DNA of 64,000 nt from Kofleriaceae bacterium. Lineage in GTDB: Bacteria > Myxococcota_A > Polyangia > Haliangiales > Haliangiaceae. The stretch lies in NCBI GenBank assembly GCA_965215005.1, contig CBDCCZ010000054.1, positions 224,001 to 288,000 of the forward strand, written 5' to 3'. The position numbers and the translations under genes are program-made. Positions 44,345 through 55,047 of the stretch are shown here, one piece after another. The first letter of the stretch is position 1. The number at the start of each line of letters is the position of its first letter. A model generated the notes under the pieces. It was not told the DNA's origin and ran no database searches. It saw only the letters and a program-made list of their open reading frames with translations.

Positions 44345-45598
44345 GTGGCGAAGGCAGCGGAGCTCCTGGAGGTCGATGGCCGCGAGGTGCGGATCTCCAG
44401 CCCCACCAAGATCTACTTTCCTGAGCCGGGCTACACCAAGCTCGATGTCGTTCGGTACTATCTGGCGGTCCGCGAAGGCGCCTTGCGGGGGATCTTCGAC
44501 CGCCCTTTCGTCATGCGCCGCTACGTCGACGGTATCGCCGGCGAGGCGTTCTTTCAGAAGCGCGCGCCCAAGTCTCGCCCCGATTGGATCCGCACGGTTG
44601 AGCTGCGCTTTCCATCAGGCCGTACGGCTGACGAAATCGTGGTCACGGAAACCGCGCAGCTGATCTGGCTGGTCAACCTCGGCTGCCTCGACCTCAACCC
44701 GCATGCGGTGCGAACCGCCGACATGGAGCATCCCGACGAGCTTCGCGTCGATCTCGATCCCACGCCGGGAGTCGAGTGGCCGCAGCTCCGCGAGGTTGCG
44801 TTGGTGGTTCGCGAGGTGCTTTCGGAGCATGGCCTGGTGGGATGGCCCAAAACCTCAGGTTCGCGCGGTATTCACGTCTACGCGCGGATTGCGCCGCAGT
44901 GGGGGTTTGACGAGGTCCGGCGTGCTGCGTTGGCCTTGGCGCGCGAGGTCGAGCGACGCGTGCCGGCGCTGGCCACCAGCGCGTGGTGGAAGGAAGAGCG
45001 TCATGGCGTGTTCCTCGACTACAACCAGAACGCCAAGGACCGCACCGTCGCCTCGGCGTATTCGGTGCGTGCCGTGGCCGACGCACGGGTTTCGGCGCCG
45101 CTAACGTGGGACGAGGTGCCAGACTGCGAGCCGGGAGATTTCACCATTACGACCATGCCCGCGCGCTATGGCCGACTGGGCGAGGTCCACGCGGGCATCG
45201 ATGCGCCAGCGGCAGTGGGGTCGCTCGAGCCGCTCTTAGAGCGGTCTCGTCGCCATGAAGCGGAAGGCCTGGGCGATGCGCCGTGGCCTCCGCACTATAA
45301 GAAGCAACGCGGTGAGCCGCGTCGAGTGCAGCCGTCGAAAGCCAAGGGACGGCAGTCGAAGATGCCACTCATCACCGTGGCCAAAGCGGCGAAGAAGGAA
45401 GACGCGCTGGCTGGCCTGGAGCGATGGAAGTCGCGTCACCCCGCCGCTGCCGAACACGTCGCCGTGGAAGACGTGCTCGTGGATGCAATGCGTGGCAGGT
45501 CCTCCACGTGGACGCGCGTGCGGGTAAATTTGCGCCACGTACCCGAGACCGCTCGGCCTGCAGAAGAGCCGCCGGATCCTGACTACGAGCCGTCGTAG
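44345..45598 (+). CDS. LigD-type polymerase/primase (Prim-Pol) domain protein
   Basis: TKLDVVRYY, FFQKRAP, PDELRVDLDP, KTSGSRGIHV, VFLDYNQNAKDRTVASAYSVR. Confidence 0.92.
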   Translation: MAKAAELLEVDGREVRISSPTKIYFPEPGYTKLDVVRYYLAVREGALRGIFDRPFVMRRYVDGIAGEAFFQKRAPKSRPDWIRTVELRFPSGRTADEIVVTETAQLIWLVNLGCLDLNPHAVRTADMEHPDELRVDLDPTPGVEWPQLREVALVVREVLSEHGLVGWPKTSGSRGIHVYARIAPQWGFDEVRRAALALAREVERRVPALATSAWWKEERHGVFLDYNQNAKDRTVASAYSVRAVADARVSAPLTWDEVPDCEPGDFTITTMPARYGRLGEVHAGIDAPAAVGSLEPLLERSRRHEAEGLGDAPWPPHYKKQRGEPRRVQPSKAKGRQSKMPLITVAKAAKKEDALAGLERWKSRHPAAAEHVAVEDVLVDAMRGRSSTWTRVRVNLRHVPETARPAEEPPDPDYEPS

Positions 45599-45743
45599 GC
45601 AGCCGAATATCTGGCTCGCGTCACGCGGCCGCTACCTATTGAAGAGCTTCGCTAAGGCCCTCGGTCGCGCGTTTCCCTCGCTCAAGGATGATACTCTCGG
45701 GTCATTACCAGGCACCGAGAGTGCCTCAATGAGAGAGGGGATC

Positions 45744-46218
45744 ATGAAGCAGATCGTTATCATCGGACTGTTCTTCGCGGCGGTCTCCGCCTTCAGCGCT
45801 AGCGAGGCGGCAGCTCAGACCGGCGTTGGCGTGGGCGTCGACGCGTTTTCTCACCGGACCGGTGGGCCCGAGCGTCACCTATGACGCGGATACGTTTCGG
45901 GTGGGCGGCATGTTCGCCTTCTCGGACGACCCAACGCAGTTCTTCCTCGGCGGTCGCGCGGCGTTCGTCGTGCACGAAGGCGACCGCTCCGACTTCGCCA
46001 TCGGCGCCGGCCTGGGAATTTTCAATCAGGACAATGACCCCGTCGACGATGAAACCAACTTCCATCTCGATGCTTTCGGGCAGCTGCGGGCGTTTCTAAC
46101 CAGCAACGTGGCGTTGAACGCGAGCCTGGGCTTAGCGGTGATCGCAGGCGACGCCGATACAGTCGACATAACCGGCGACCTCGTGGGTATCGCCGGCATT
46201 CACTACTACTTCTATTGA
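45744..46218 (+). CDS. Small outer-membrane beta-barrel protein (apparent frameshift near 45848)
   Basis: Signal peptide MKQIVIIGLFF...AAA; alternating beta-strands; terminal GIHYYFY; extra T in the run at 45846..45849. Confidence 0.75.
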
Positions 46219-46234
46219 CCATCTCTTAGAGTGG

Positions 46235-46266
46235 GAGTGGCTCGCGGCTTACTCCGTGAGCCACTC
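46235..46266. terminator. Intergenic hairpin between convergent genes (REP-like / terminator)
   Basis: GAGTGGCTCGCGG-cttact-CCGTGAGCCACTC. Confidence 0.55.
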
Positions 46267-46323
46267 GCTTCTCGCGGCCGCTTCTCGGGTCTTCCCTCGA
46301 GCTTTACGAGTGTTCACGACCCG

Positions 46324-47406
46324 CTAGGCGCGGAAAATCTGCTGCAACTCGTAAGGCGGGGTGACCTCGAGCTGCGCATAGGTGCACTCGGCGGCGGGCT
46401 TGTCGGGCCGCCAACGCACGAAATGGGCGGTGTGACGAAAGCGATCGCCCTGCATATGGTCGTAGGAGACCTCCACGACGAGCTGTGGACGCAGCGGCAC
46501 CCAGCTCAAGTCTTTGCCGCGGTTCCAGCGGCTGCTGGCGCCTGGCATTCGTTGGCCGGTTTCGTCCGTTTGCGCCCATGAAGCCCACGGGTGATCGGCC
46601 ATGGGGTCTTGCCGGTACGGGGCCAGCTCAACCGTGAGCGCACGCCTCTTGGCTGCGGCGAAACTCGCTGCCACGCCCGCATGGTGCAGAGTTCCGTCTG
46701 CATCGTAAAGACCAAGGAGCAAGGAGCCCACGAGCTCGCCCTCGCCGTCTTTGTGCCAGCGGAATCCAGCGACCACGCAGGCGGCAGTGCGCTGGTGCTT
46801 GACCTTGAGCATCGTGCGCTTGCCAGGCTCGTAGCGCGCATCGTCGGCTTTAGCGATGACACCGTCGAGTCCTGCCCCTTCGAAGCGCTCGAACCAATCG
46901 GTCGCAACTCCGCGGTCGCGCGTTGCTGGGGTTAGGTGAATAGGTGGCCTGGCGGCGTGCAGCGCGTCTTCGAGGAGCCGTCGGCGATCGCGGAACGGCC
47001 GCTGCGACAGATCTTGCTCGCCAAGGCACAACAGATCGAAAGCGACGAACGAGGCAGGTGTTTCTTCGGCGAGTTTTGCCACTCGCGACGCAGCGGGATG
47101 GATGCGCAACAGCAGCGCATCGAAATCGAGGTTGCCCCCGGTCGCGATGACGATCTCACCATCGACCACACAACGAGGCGGAAGATTCCGCAGTAGCGGT
47201 GCCTCGAGCTCGGGGAAATAGCGATTCATCTGCTTGAGATCTCGACTCTGAATGTAAACTTCGTCACCGTCGCGAAACACGATTGCGCGGAAGCCGTCCC
47301 ATTTGGGCTCATAGATCCAGGTGTCGCCTTTGGGCAAGGCGCCAGCGCGCTTCGCGAGCATCGGTTTTACAGGCGGCACGACCGGCGACGACATGCGCAC
47401 CATCAT
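46324..47406 (-). CDS. ligC: ATP-dependent DNA ligase, LigC type
   Basis: PMLAK, YEPKWDGFR, RYFPEL, VDGEIV, AFDLL, GLDGVIAK, KVKHQRTA, VVEVSYDHMQGDRFRH. Confidence 0.92.
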   Translation of the reverse strand: MMVRMSSPVVPPVKPMLAKRAGALPKGDTWIYEPKWDGFRAIVFRDGDEVYIQSRDLKQMNRYFPELEAPLLRNLPPRCVVDGEIVIATGGNLDFDALLLRIHPAASRVAKLAEETPASFVAFDLLCLGEQDLSQRPFRDRRRLLEDALHAARPPIHLTPATRDRGVATDWFERFEGAGLDGVIAKADDARYEPGKRTMLKVKHQRTAACVVAGFRWHKDGEGELVGSLLLGLYDADGTLHHAGVAASFAAAKRRALTVELAPYRQDPMADHPWASWAQTDETGQRMPGASSRWNRGKDLSWVPLRPQLVVEVSYDHMQGDRFRHTAHFVRWRPDKPAAECTYAQLEVTPPYELQQIFRA

Positions 47407-47481
47407 GGCGCATTCAGCGACTGTCGCCTACATCATAGACGGTAGGATCGGCGCCGGGGGGACTGGTAACATCACCCTTGG

Positions 47482-48993
47482 ATGGCAGCCCAGGACAGGT
47501 TCGACAACAGAGATGCTAGCGGCACCGACTGGAGTGATCGCGTTGGAATCGTGATCGACAAGCGCTATCGCATCACCGGCGTCTTGGGCCGTGGCGGCAT
47601 GGGCAGCGTGTATCGCGCCGAGCACGTTCACCTCAAGCGTTTGGTCGCACTCAAGCTGCTGCATGGCGCTCTTGGCAAGGTTCCCGAGATTCGCGCTCGC
47701 TTCGAACGAGAGGCGTTTGCGGCGGGTCGAATCGCTCACCCAAACTGCATCACTGCTTCGGATTTTGGTGAGCTCGACGATGGCTCGCTCTACATGGTGA
47801 TGGAGCTCGCTGACGGTGAGTCGCTGGGCAACCTCATCGACCGTGAGGGCCGCATGCCGCCGCTGCGCGCGCTACGCATCATTCGCCACGTGCTTTGCGG
47901 ACTCAGTCACGCCCACGGGTATGGCGTGGTTCATCGCGATATCAAACCCGACAACATCATCGTCGGACCGCGAGATGGCGATCCCGATTATGCACGGCTG
48001 CTCGACTTCGGTATCGCCAAGCTCCTCGGACAGGCGGAGGCCGAAGAAGGTGGCGAACGTTTGACGCAGGCTGGCGTTACGTTTGGAACGCCGGTGTACA
48101 TGTCGCCCGAGCAGGCGTTTGGTTCCGCGATAGATCCGCGCTCTGATCTCTATTCGCTCACGGTGGTGCTCTACGAGCTTCTCACCGGCAGGCCGCCGTT
48201 CGTCGCTGCGGATCATATCGCGGTGCTCAGCATGCATGCTTCGAAGCGGGTGCCGCCGCTGGCGTCGCGGGTGACGGAGGGGCGGTTTCCGCCAGCGCTC
48301 GAGGCGTTGATCCAACGGGGGCTGGCAAAGTCGCCAGAAAAGCGATTCGCTGACGCTGCAGCGTATATCGCGGCGATTGACGGCGCGGGCGAGGCGCTTG
48401 CGGTCGAAGAAGCGATGACCATGGGGCAGCTGTCTTTGCCCGCCTCCAGCGCTGTTCGACATGGTTGGTCGGCCACGCCAACGGGCATAGGAACGGCGGT
48501 GACCGGACCGTATGCGCCAGTCGGCCCGCGATGGACGGCGCGACGATGGGCGGCAGTCGCAAGCGGTGTTGGCTTGGTGCTGCTTATCGCGTTTGCCGCC
48601 ATCAGCGCGGAGCGCGACAGCACTGCTGCGGTGGCGAAAGCACCGGCGCGGCCGACGCCGAAGCAATCGCTTGCGGCCAAGGAGGTGCGCCCGTCGCAAG
48701 AGAGCGTGCCGTCGTTGCAGCCGTTGGCGCTAGAGGTGGCGCCGCCCGCTTCAGTGCGCGATGCCGAGCTGCGCGAGCTGATAGCCGCGCTGGAAGAAGG
48801 TCGGCGGTGCAAAGAGCGGCGTGCGGCGGTCGATAAGCTAGTGGCGCTGGGGGATGTGCGCGCGGTGCCAGCATTGAAGAAAGCGCGCTATCGCAAGGTG
48901 CGTGGCGGCTTTCTCGGGCTCGAGTCGCGCAACGCAAATGGCTGCTTGCGGCGCGCGGCAGACGCAGCCATCGCCGCACTCGAAGGTGGCTGA
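47482..48993 (+). CDS. Membrane Ser/Thr protein kinase
   Basis: LGRGGMGSVY, VALK, HRDIKPDN, DFGIAK, GTPVYMSPEQ, DLYSL; TM segment near residue 360. Confidence 0.96.
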   Translation: MAAQDRFDNRDASGTDWSDRVGIVIDKRYRITGVLGRGGMGSVYRAEHVHLKRLVALKLLHGALGKVPEIRARFEREAFAAGRIAHPNCITASDFGELDDGSLYMVMELADGESLGNLIDREGRMPPLRALRIIRHVLCGLSHAHGYGVVHRDIKPDNIIVGPRDGDPDYARLLDFGIAKLLGQAEAEEGGERLTQAGVTFGTPVYMSPEQAFGSAIDPRSDLYSLTVVLYELLTGRPPFVAADHIAVLSMHASKRVPPLASRVTEGRFPPALEALIQRGLAKSPEKRFADAAAYIAAIDGAGEALAVEEAMTMGQLSLPASSAVRHGWSATPTGIGTAVTGPYAPVGPRWTARRWAAVASGVGLVLLIAFAAISAERDSTAAVAKAPARPTPKQSLAAKEVRPSQESVPSLQPLALEVAPPASVRDAELRELIAALEEGRRCKERRAAVDKLVALGDVRAVPALKKARYRKVRGGFLGLESRNANGCLRRAADAAIAALEGG

Positions 48994-49031
48994 GTAGAGC
49001 GGGGAGAAACTCGTATGCATCAAGCGGCGCA

Positions 49032-50357
49032 CTAGCGGCGCCAGGACGGCGCGCTGTGCAGATCCGGCGTTAGCTTCTGCGCGGCGAGCCACGGCTTGAT
49101 ACGGCGGAACGCCTCTTCGATGGCCTCCATGGAAGCGGCAAAGCTGATGCGAATGGCGTTGGGTGTGCTTTCGCCAAAGGCATCGCCCGGCACGACGCAC
49201 ACGCCGGTTTCCTGCAGCATGCGCATCGCGAGGTGTGAGCCATCGGTGTGCGGCGGCAGCGAGGGAAAGATGTAGAAGCCGCCCTGCGGCCAGTACCCAC
49301 TGAGCTGCGGGCACTCGCTCACGAGCTGCACCACGCGATCCCGGCGCCGCGCGTATTCCGTCGTCATGACGTCGACGCAGGAGCGATCGCCCTCGAGGGC
49401 CGCTACCCCAGCCCATTGGGCGGGCGTGTTAGCGACCGAGGTGGTGAACATGTGCAGTCGGCGAAGCCTGCGAATGGCGCCCATGCTGGAGATAACCCAG
49501 CCAATGCGCAGGCCTGGCATCGCGAAGGTCTTTGAAAAGCTGGATACGATGAAGACGTGATCGAGGTCTGCAGCGTACTGCAGCACGCTTGGGTATTCGA
49601 TTTCGTCGAGGATGAGATGGTCGTAGACCTCATCGCTAAAGACCTTCACGCCGCGATACGCCGCCTCTTGTACGATGGCGTTGATGGTCTCTTTGGGATA
49701 GACGGTGCCGGTCGGATTGCTCGGCGAGTTGAGGATGATTCCCGCGGTGCGCGCGCCAATCTTGTTGATGACCTCTTGTGGGTCGATCTGATGGCCGTGC
49801 TCGGCACGCGTGGATATTAACTTGACCTCACCGCCAAACATGCGAATGAGCGGCGCGTACAGCAAGAACGACGGGTCTGGGACCAAGAACTGCTTGCCCG
49901 GCGTGACCGTGGCGGCCAACGCCAGATACATGGCCTCGGTTGCTCCCGAGGTAATGAGAACGTTGTCCTCGCTGAGCGGTCGCTGATAGCGCTCGCCATA
50001 GTATTTCGCCACTGCAGCGAGGAGGTCGGGCAGCCCTTGGTCCATCGTGTAGGCGGTGCGGCCTTCTTGCAGCGCCTTGATATGCGCCTCGATGATGTGT
50101 GGCGGCGTCGGGAAATCTGGCTGGCCGATGGAGAGGTGGATGACATCTTTCATGCCAGCAGCAACGGTGATCATCCGGCGAATTCCAGACATTGGAATTG
50201 CCTGCAGCGCCGGGCTCCACGTCGATTCGGGTTGAGCGATTTCGCCGTCGCTATCATCAGGTTTGGATGCTTTTACCTGGAGATCTTCGCTATCCGCCGC
50301 GACCTCCGTGATCGAGTCATTCTTCGCTGCTTTGCTGCCGATACCGATCTCCGCCAT
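49032..50357 (-). CDS. PLP-dependent aminotransferase class I/II (aspartate aminotransferase-like)
   Basis: LSIGQPDF, ITSGATEA, NSPSNPTG, SDEVYD, SFSKTFAMPGLRIGW, PGDAFG. Confidence 0.93.
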   Translation of the reverse strand: MAEIGIGSKAAKNDSITEVAADSEDLQVKASKPDDSDGEIAQPESTWSPALQAIPMSGIRRMITVAAGMKDVIHLSIGQPDFPTPPHIIEAHIKALQEGRTAYTMDQGLPDLLAAVAKYYGERYQRPLSEDNVLITSGATEAMYLALAATVTPGKQFLVPDPSFLLYAPLIRMFGGEVKLISTRAEHGHQIDPQEVINKIGARTAGIILNSPSNPTGTVYPKETINAIVQEAAYRGVKVFSDEVYDHLILDEIEYPSVLQYAADLDHVFIVSSFSKTFAMPGLRIGWVISSMGAIRRLRRLHMFTTSVANTPAQWAGVAALEGDRSCVDVMTTEYARRRDRVVQLVSECPQLSGYWPQGGFYIFPSLPPHTDGSHLAMRMLQETGVCVVPGDAFGESTPNAIRISFAASMEAIEEAFRRIKPWLAAQKLTPDLHSAPSWRR

Positions 50358-50455
50358 GCGATCAGACTACGCCGCAGGAGCACGCGGATCAACGTGCGAG
50401 GTTTGACGGCTGCAGCGCGGCCCGATAACGTCACCGTTCGAACGCGAGGTTCTAA

Positions 50456-51458
50456 GTGAGTGCACAAGCGATACATTTGCCGGTGGTGGCGGTACTCGAT
50501 GCCGAGCATGCTCCGCCATGGCCGGGTCTCGAGCCGCTCGCGGAACACGCTGAGGTGGTGCATTGCGCGGATGCCGGTGCGCTCGAGGAGGTCATGCAGC
50601 GCGCTGAGGTGCTGCTCGTTACCGACTTCCGCGCCACCATCAATTAAAACTGCCTGGCCCGATGCGAAGCGACTGTCGTGGGTGCACGCCACGAGCGCCG
50701 GCGTCGACATGTTGATGTTTCCCGAGCTGGTCGCGAGCGCCATTCCCGTGACCAACGCACGCGGCGTTTTCGACCGCACCATCGCGGAATACGTGCTTGG
50801 AATCGTGGCTGCGTTCGCGAAGGACTTTTGGCGAACACGCGCGCTGCAGCAACAGCAGCGTTGGCAGCATCGCGATACCGAACGCATCGCGGGGGCCCGC
50901 ATGCTGGTGGTCGGTGCCGGCTCGATCGGACGCGAGATAGCGCGACTAGCGCGCGCGGTAGGAATGCAGGTGAGCGGCCTGGCTAGACAGGCGCGAGATG
51001 ACGATCCCGTGTTCGGCGAGGTATACGCGGCCGAGGAGCTGGCGCGGGTGCTGCCGCTTGCTGACTACGTCGTGATTGCCGCGCCGCTCACCGAGGCTAC
51101 GCGCCACCTTTTCGATGCGGCTGCGCTTGCTCTCATGAAGCCAACGGCGCGTCTGATCAATATCGGTCGCGGCCCCATCGTCGACACCGATGCGTTGGTG
51201 GCGGCGCTACGCGCAAATCGCCTCGCCGGCGCTGCCCTCGATGTGTTCGAAGAAGAGCCATTGCCGGCAAGCCATCCGCTTTGGGCGATGGAGCAGGTGC
51301 TGATCTCACCGCACATGGCTGGCGACTTTGCCGGCTGGCGCGAGGCGCTCAGCGCGCAATTTATCGCTAATTTTCATCGGTGGCGTGCGGGCCAGCCGCT
51401 CGTCAACCTCGTTGACAAACGCCGCGGCTACGCCGGGCCAGCTAAGGAGAGTGCATGA
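50456..51458 (+). CDS. D-2-hydroxyacid dehydrogenase (apparent frameshift near 50640)
   Basis: SAGVD, TNARGVF, VVGAGSIG, PLTEAT, INIGRG, LDVFEEEPL, ISPHMAG; N-terminus in the preceding frame from GTG 50456. Confidence 0.9.
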
Positions 51459-52886
51459 CTGCCTCGTCTGCCATTGCCGAGCTCACTGCTGCTGAGCTCC
51501 TCGAGCTCTATCAGACCAAGAAGCTATCGCCGGTGGAGGCAGCGAAGGCGTGCCTTGCGCGGGTCCGCGCGCACAACGACGCGGTGAACGCCTACCGCTT
51601 CGTGGACGAGGACACGACGCTGCGACTCGCTAGCGAATCCGAGGCTCGCTACCTTGCCGGCGAGCCGCGCGGCAGTCTCGACGGCGTGCCGGTGGCGGTT
51701 AAAGATGTTTTTCTCATCAAGGGGTGGCCAACGATCAAGGGCTCGCACGCGATCGCCCGCGATCAACCTTGGGATATCGACGCGCCGGCCATCGCCGCGC
51801 TTCGTCGCAACGGGTTTGTTCCCCTGGGCATGACCACCACGCCGGAGTTTGGTTGGAAGGGCGTTACCGACAATCCGGTGGACGGTGTCACTCGCAATCC
51901 GTGGGATCCCAGTAAGACTGCGGGTGGCTCGAGCGGCGGCAGCGCGGCGGCAGTGCCGCTCGGCATGGGGCCTTTGGCGCTCGGCACGGATGCTGGTGGA
52001 TCGATTCGTATACCCGCGGGATTTTGCGGCATCGTTGGCCATAAGCCCACGATGGGCCGAGCGCCGATGTGGCCGCCGAGCGCGTTCGCCCCGCTCGCTC
52101 ACGTGGGTCCGATGACGTGGACGGTGCAAGATGCGGCGCTGCTGCTCGATGTGTTGACCGAGCCTGATTCCCGCGATGCCACTCTGCCTGCCAATCATAG
52201 CCGATTCAAAGATTCACTCGAGGGTGGCATCAAGGGCCTGCGCATCGCGTTCAGCCCCGCGTCTGGGCTACGTGGACATCGTCGAGCCGGAGATCGCTGA
52301 GGCAGTGGCCAGCGCCGCAAGAGTGTTTGAAACGCTAGGGGCGCGTGTCGAGGAAGTCGACCCTGGCTTCTCCGATCCACTCGAGATGTTTGACCGCATG
52401 TTCTATGGCGGCGCCGCAAACGCTCTGCGGGATCTGTCAGACGAACAGAAGTCCAAGATGGATCCGAACTTGGTGTTGGTCGCACGCGAAGCTTCCAAGC
52501 TGACGATGCTCGAGTACCTCGAGGCCAGCAATCTGCGTCTACGGCTGATCGAGCGCATGAGCCTCTTCCATACCCATTACGACTTGTTGCTCACGCCTTC
52601 GCTGCCTATCGTGGCATTCGAGGCCGGGCGCGAGGTGCCTGCCGGCTGGCACAGCCCCCGCTGGCCCACGTGGACGCCATTTACCTATCCATTCAATCTG
52701 ACCGGGCAGCCGGCGTGTTCCGTGCCTTGCGGCTTTACCTCAAACAAACTGCCGATCGGCCTGCAGCTGGTGGGAGCCGCGCACGCCGACGACGTCGTGT
52801 TGCGCGCCGCGCACGCCTATCAGATCACTCGCCCCTTGACGGATCGTCGCCCAACGCTGCACGAAGCGGCGCAAGGAACAACATGA
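51455..52886 (+). CDS. Amidase signature family enzyme (apparent frameshift near 52256)
   Basis: GVPVAVKD, TRNPW, GGSSGGSAAAV, GTDAGGSIRIPA; C-terminal half TYPFNLTGQPACSVP, LPIGLQLVG; extra C in the run at 52255..52258. Confidence 0.92.
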
Positions 52887-54301
52887 ACCAGACCCCGGTG
52901 AAGATAGGTGGCTCGCCAGTGACCAAGGCGCGCACCATCGAGATACGCAATCCGTACAACGACGATGTCGTGGGTATCGTGCCGCAGTGCGACGCTGCCG
53001 ATGTAGACCGCGCGTGTAAAGCGGCGAAAGCGGCACTCGATCGCGATGACTTTCCGCAACATCAACGCGCGGCGGTTCTGGAGCGCGCCGCGGTGCTACT
53101 TCGTAGCCGCATAGAGGAGCTAGCGCGCATCATCATGCGCGAGGGCGGCAAACCGATACGAACCGCGCGCAGCGAGGTCGAACGGTGCGTCGACACTCTC
53201 GTATTCTCGGCGGTCGAAGCGCGCAAGCTCACTGGTGAAATGATCCCAATGGCGGCCAGTGTCTCTGGGGCCGGAAAATTGGCCTTCGCGCTGCGGATTC
53301 CCATTGGGGTCATCGGCGCCATCACGCCATTCAACTTTCCGCTCAACCTCGTGGCCCACAAGCTCGCGCCGGCCATTGCCGCGGGGTGTCCTGTGGTGCT
53401 CAAGCCGGCACCGCAGACGCCCCTGACCGCGCTGGCGCTCGTCGACCTGTTGTTCGAGGCTGGCTTGCCGCAGGACTGGATTTCTACCGTCACCGATGGT
53501 GGCAAAGAGGCAGGCGAGCCGCTGGTCGAGCACGACATCCCCAAGATGATCACGTTTACCGGTAGCGCTCCGGTGGGCTGGATGATCGCCAGTAAAGCCG
53601 CTAAGAAGCGCGTCTCGCTCGAGCTTGGCTCCAACTCGCCGCTCATCGTCGAGCCAGACGGCGACGTCGACACCGTCATCAAGAAGCTCGGAGCTGCGGC
53701 GTTCGGCAACGCCGGCCAGAGCTGCATCTCGGTTCAGCGCCTGTTGGTGCACGAAAGCATTTGCGCGCCGTTCACCGATAAGCTCATCGCCGCGATGCGC
53801 GGCTTGGTCGTTGGCGACCCGGCTGACGAGAAGACCGATGTGGGCCCGATGATTCGTTCACAAGAGAACGAGCGAGTGGCCGCGTGGCTGCAGGAAGCGG
53901 TGCAGGCAGGGGCCAAGGTACTGCTCGGCGGCAAGCCCGAAGGACGCCTATTTCCGCCCACCGTCGTCGCCGATGCGCCCTCCTCATGCAAGCTCTATCG
54001 CAATGAGGTCTTCGGGCCGGTCCTCCTCGTGAACAGCTATCGATCATTCGATCAGGCCATCGAGATGGCCAATGATAGCGACTTTGGCTTACACGCCGGC
54101 GTCTTTACGCGCAACCTGGGCCGTGCGCTGGAGGCGGCTAAGCGGCTCGAGTTTGGCGGCGTGTTGATCAATGAGGTGCCGACCTTTCGCGCCGATCAGC
54201 AGCCGTACGGCGGCGTCGCAGATGCAGGCAACACCCGCGAGGGCCCCGCTTATACAGTTGCCGAAATGACGGAGCTGCGCTTCGTGAGCTTGCAGGCGTG
54301 A
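52883..54301 (+). CDS. NAD(P)-dependent aldehyde dehydrogenase
   Basis: ITPFNFPLNL, LKPAPQTP, FTGS, LELGSN (catalytic Glu), NAGQSCIS (catalytic Cys), EVFGPV. Confidence 0.95.
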   Translation: MNQTPVKIGGSPVTKARTIEIRNPYNDDVVGIVPQCDAADVDRACKAAKAALDRDDFPQHQRAAVLERAAVLLRSRIEELARIIMREGGKPIRTARSEVERCVDTLVFSAVEARKLTGEMIPMAASVSGAGKLAFALRIPIGVIGAITPFNFPLNLVAHKLAPAIAAGCPVVLKPAPQTPLTALALVDLLFEAGLPQDWISTVTDGGKEAGEPLVEHDIPKMITFTGSAPVGWMIASKAAKKRVSLELGSNSPLIVEPDGDVDTVIKKLGAAAFGNAGQSCISVQRLLVHESICAPFTDKLIAAMRGLVVGDPADEKTDVGPMIRSQENERVAAWLQEAVQAGAKVLLGGKPEGRLFPPTVVADAPSSCKLYRNEVFGPVLLVNSYRSFDQAIEMANDSDFGLHAGVFTRNLGRALEAAKRLEFGGVLINEVPTFRADQQPYGGVADAGNTREGPAYTVAEMTELRFVSLQA

Positions 54302-54349
54302 CCGTGCGCGAGCGGACGCCTCGTTTGCGGACGTCCGCTCGGCCCGTGC

Positions 54350-54706
54350 TCAGTATGCTTCGCCCGGGGCGCCGCCATACAGGCCTTCGCCGCAGTACAC
54401 GCTGACCTCGCGAAACTCGACCAGCGGCACCACAAAGAAGGTGAGCGAGTTGATCACGCTGCCGACCACGCTGTTGAGAAAGCTCGTGCGGTCGACGAGC
54501 AACGCCGGCTCACCGTAGCTTGCGCACGCCAAATCGAGGTCGACTTCCTCTGCCTCGATGATTCCGTAGATGAGTGCAATGTGCCAGTGCTCGTCGTAAC
54601 GCTGCGAACGCGCCTGCGGTTGTGCGTTCAGGTGATACACTGTTTTGTAGCAAGCAGTTGACGACAGGATGAGCACTGTCAGAGCAAGAGTGATGCTGGT
54701 CCTCAT
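54350..54706 (-). CDS. Bor/Iss-like lipoprotein
   Basis: STAC lipobox; WHIALIYGI, VDLDLAC, TSFLN, REVSVYC. Confidence 0.7.
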   Translation of the reverse strand: MRTSITLALTVLILSSTACYKTVYHLNAQPQARSQRYDEHWHIALIYGIIEAEEVDLDLACASYGEPALLVDRTSFLNSVVGSVINSLTFFVVPLVEFREVSVYCGEGLYGGAPGEAY

Positions 54707-55047
54707 CGCCCTCGCTCCCCGAAGGTATCCACGGCGCAGGTTACCGTGGTGGTGCGCGGCGCATACAACCCAAGGGTGATGAGCGTCAGGACCGTGTCGA
54801 GCGGCGTCTCGCGCGAGAAGATCTTGGCGACGCCTGGGGCGCCGCAGTCACGGCCCGCCCACACGTGCTCCTCACCAATCAGCCCCCAGAGAAAAAAGTG
54901 CAAGTCGTATTCGATTTGCCGATACGACTGCACTTTGTGAGGTGCGCGATAGGTGAGGCGCGAGCAGCCGAGGAGCCCCCAAGCCATCGCCAGCACGATG
55001 ATGACGGAAGCGAGCTGGCGGCGAGACGAACGAACGGACGAACACAT
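54703..55047 (-). CDS. Bor/Iss-like lipoprotein
   Basis: LLGC lipobox; HFFLWGLIG, DCG, ITLGLYAPRTTTVTC. Confidence 0.8.
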   Translation of the reverse strand: MCSSVRSSRRQLASVIIVLAMAWGLLGCSRLTYRAPHKVQSYRQIEYDLHFFLWGLIGEEHVWAGRDCGAPGVAKIFSRETPLDTVLTLITLGLYAPRTTTVTCAVDTFGERGR

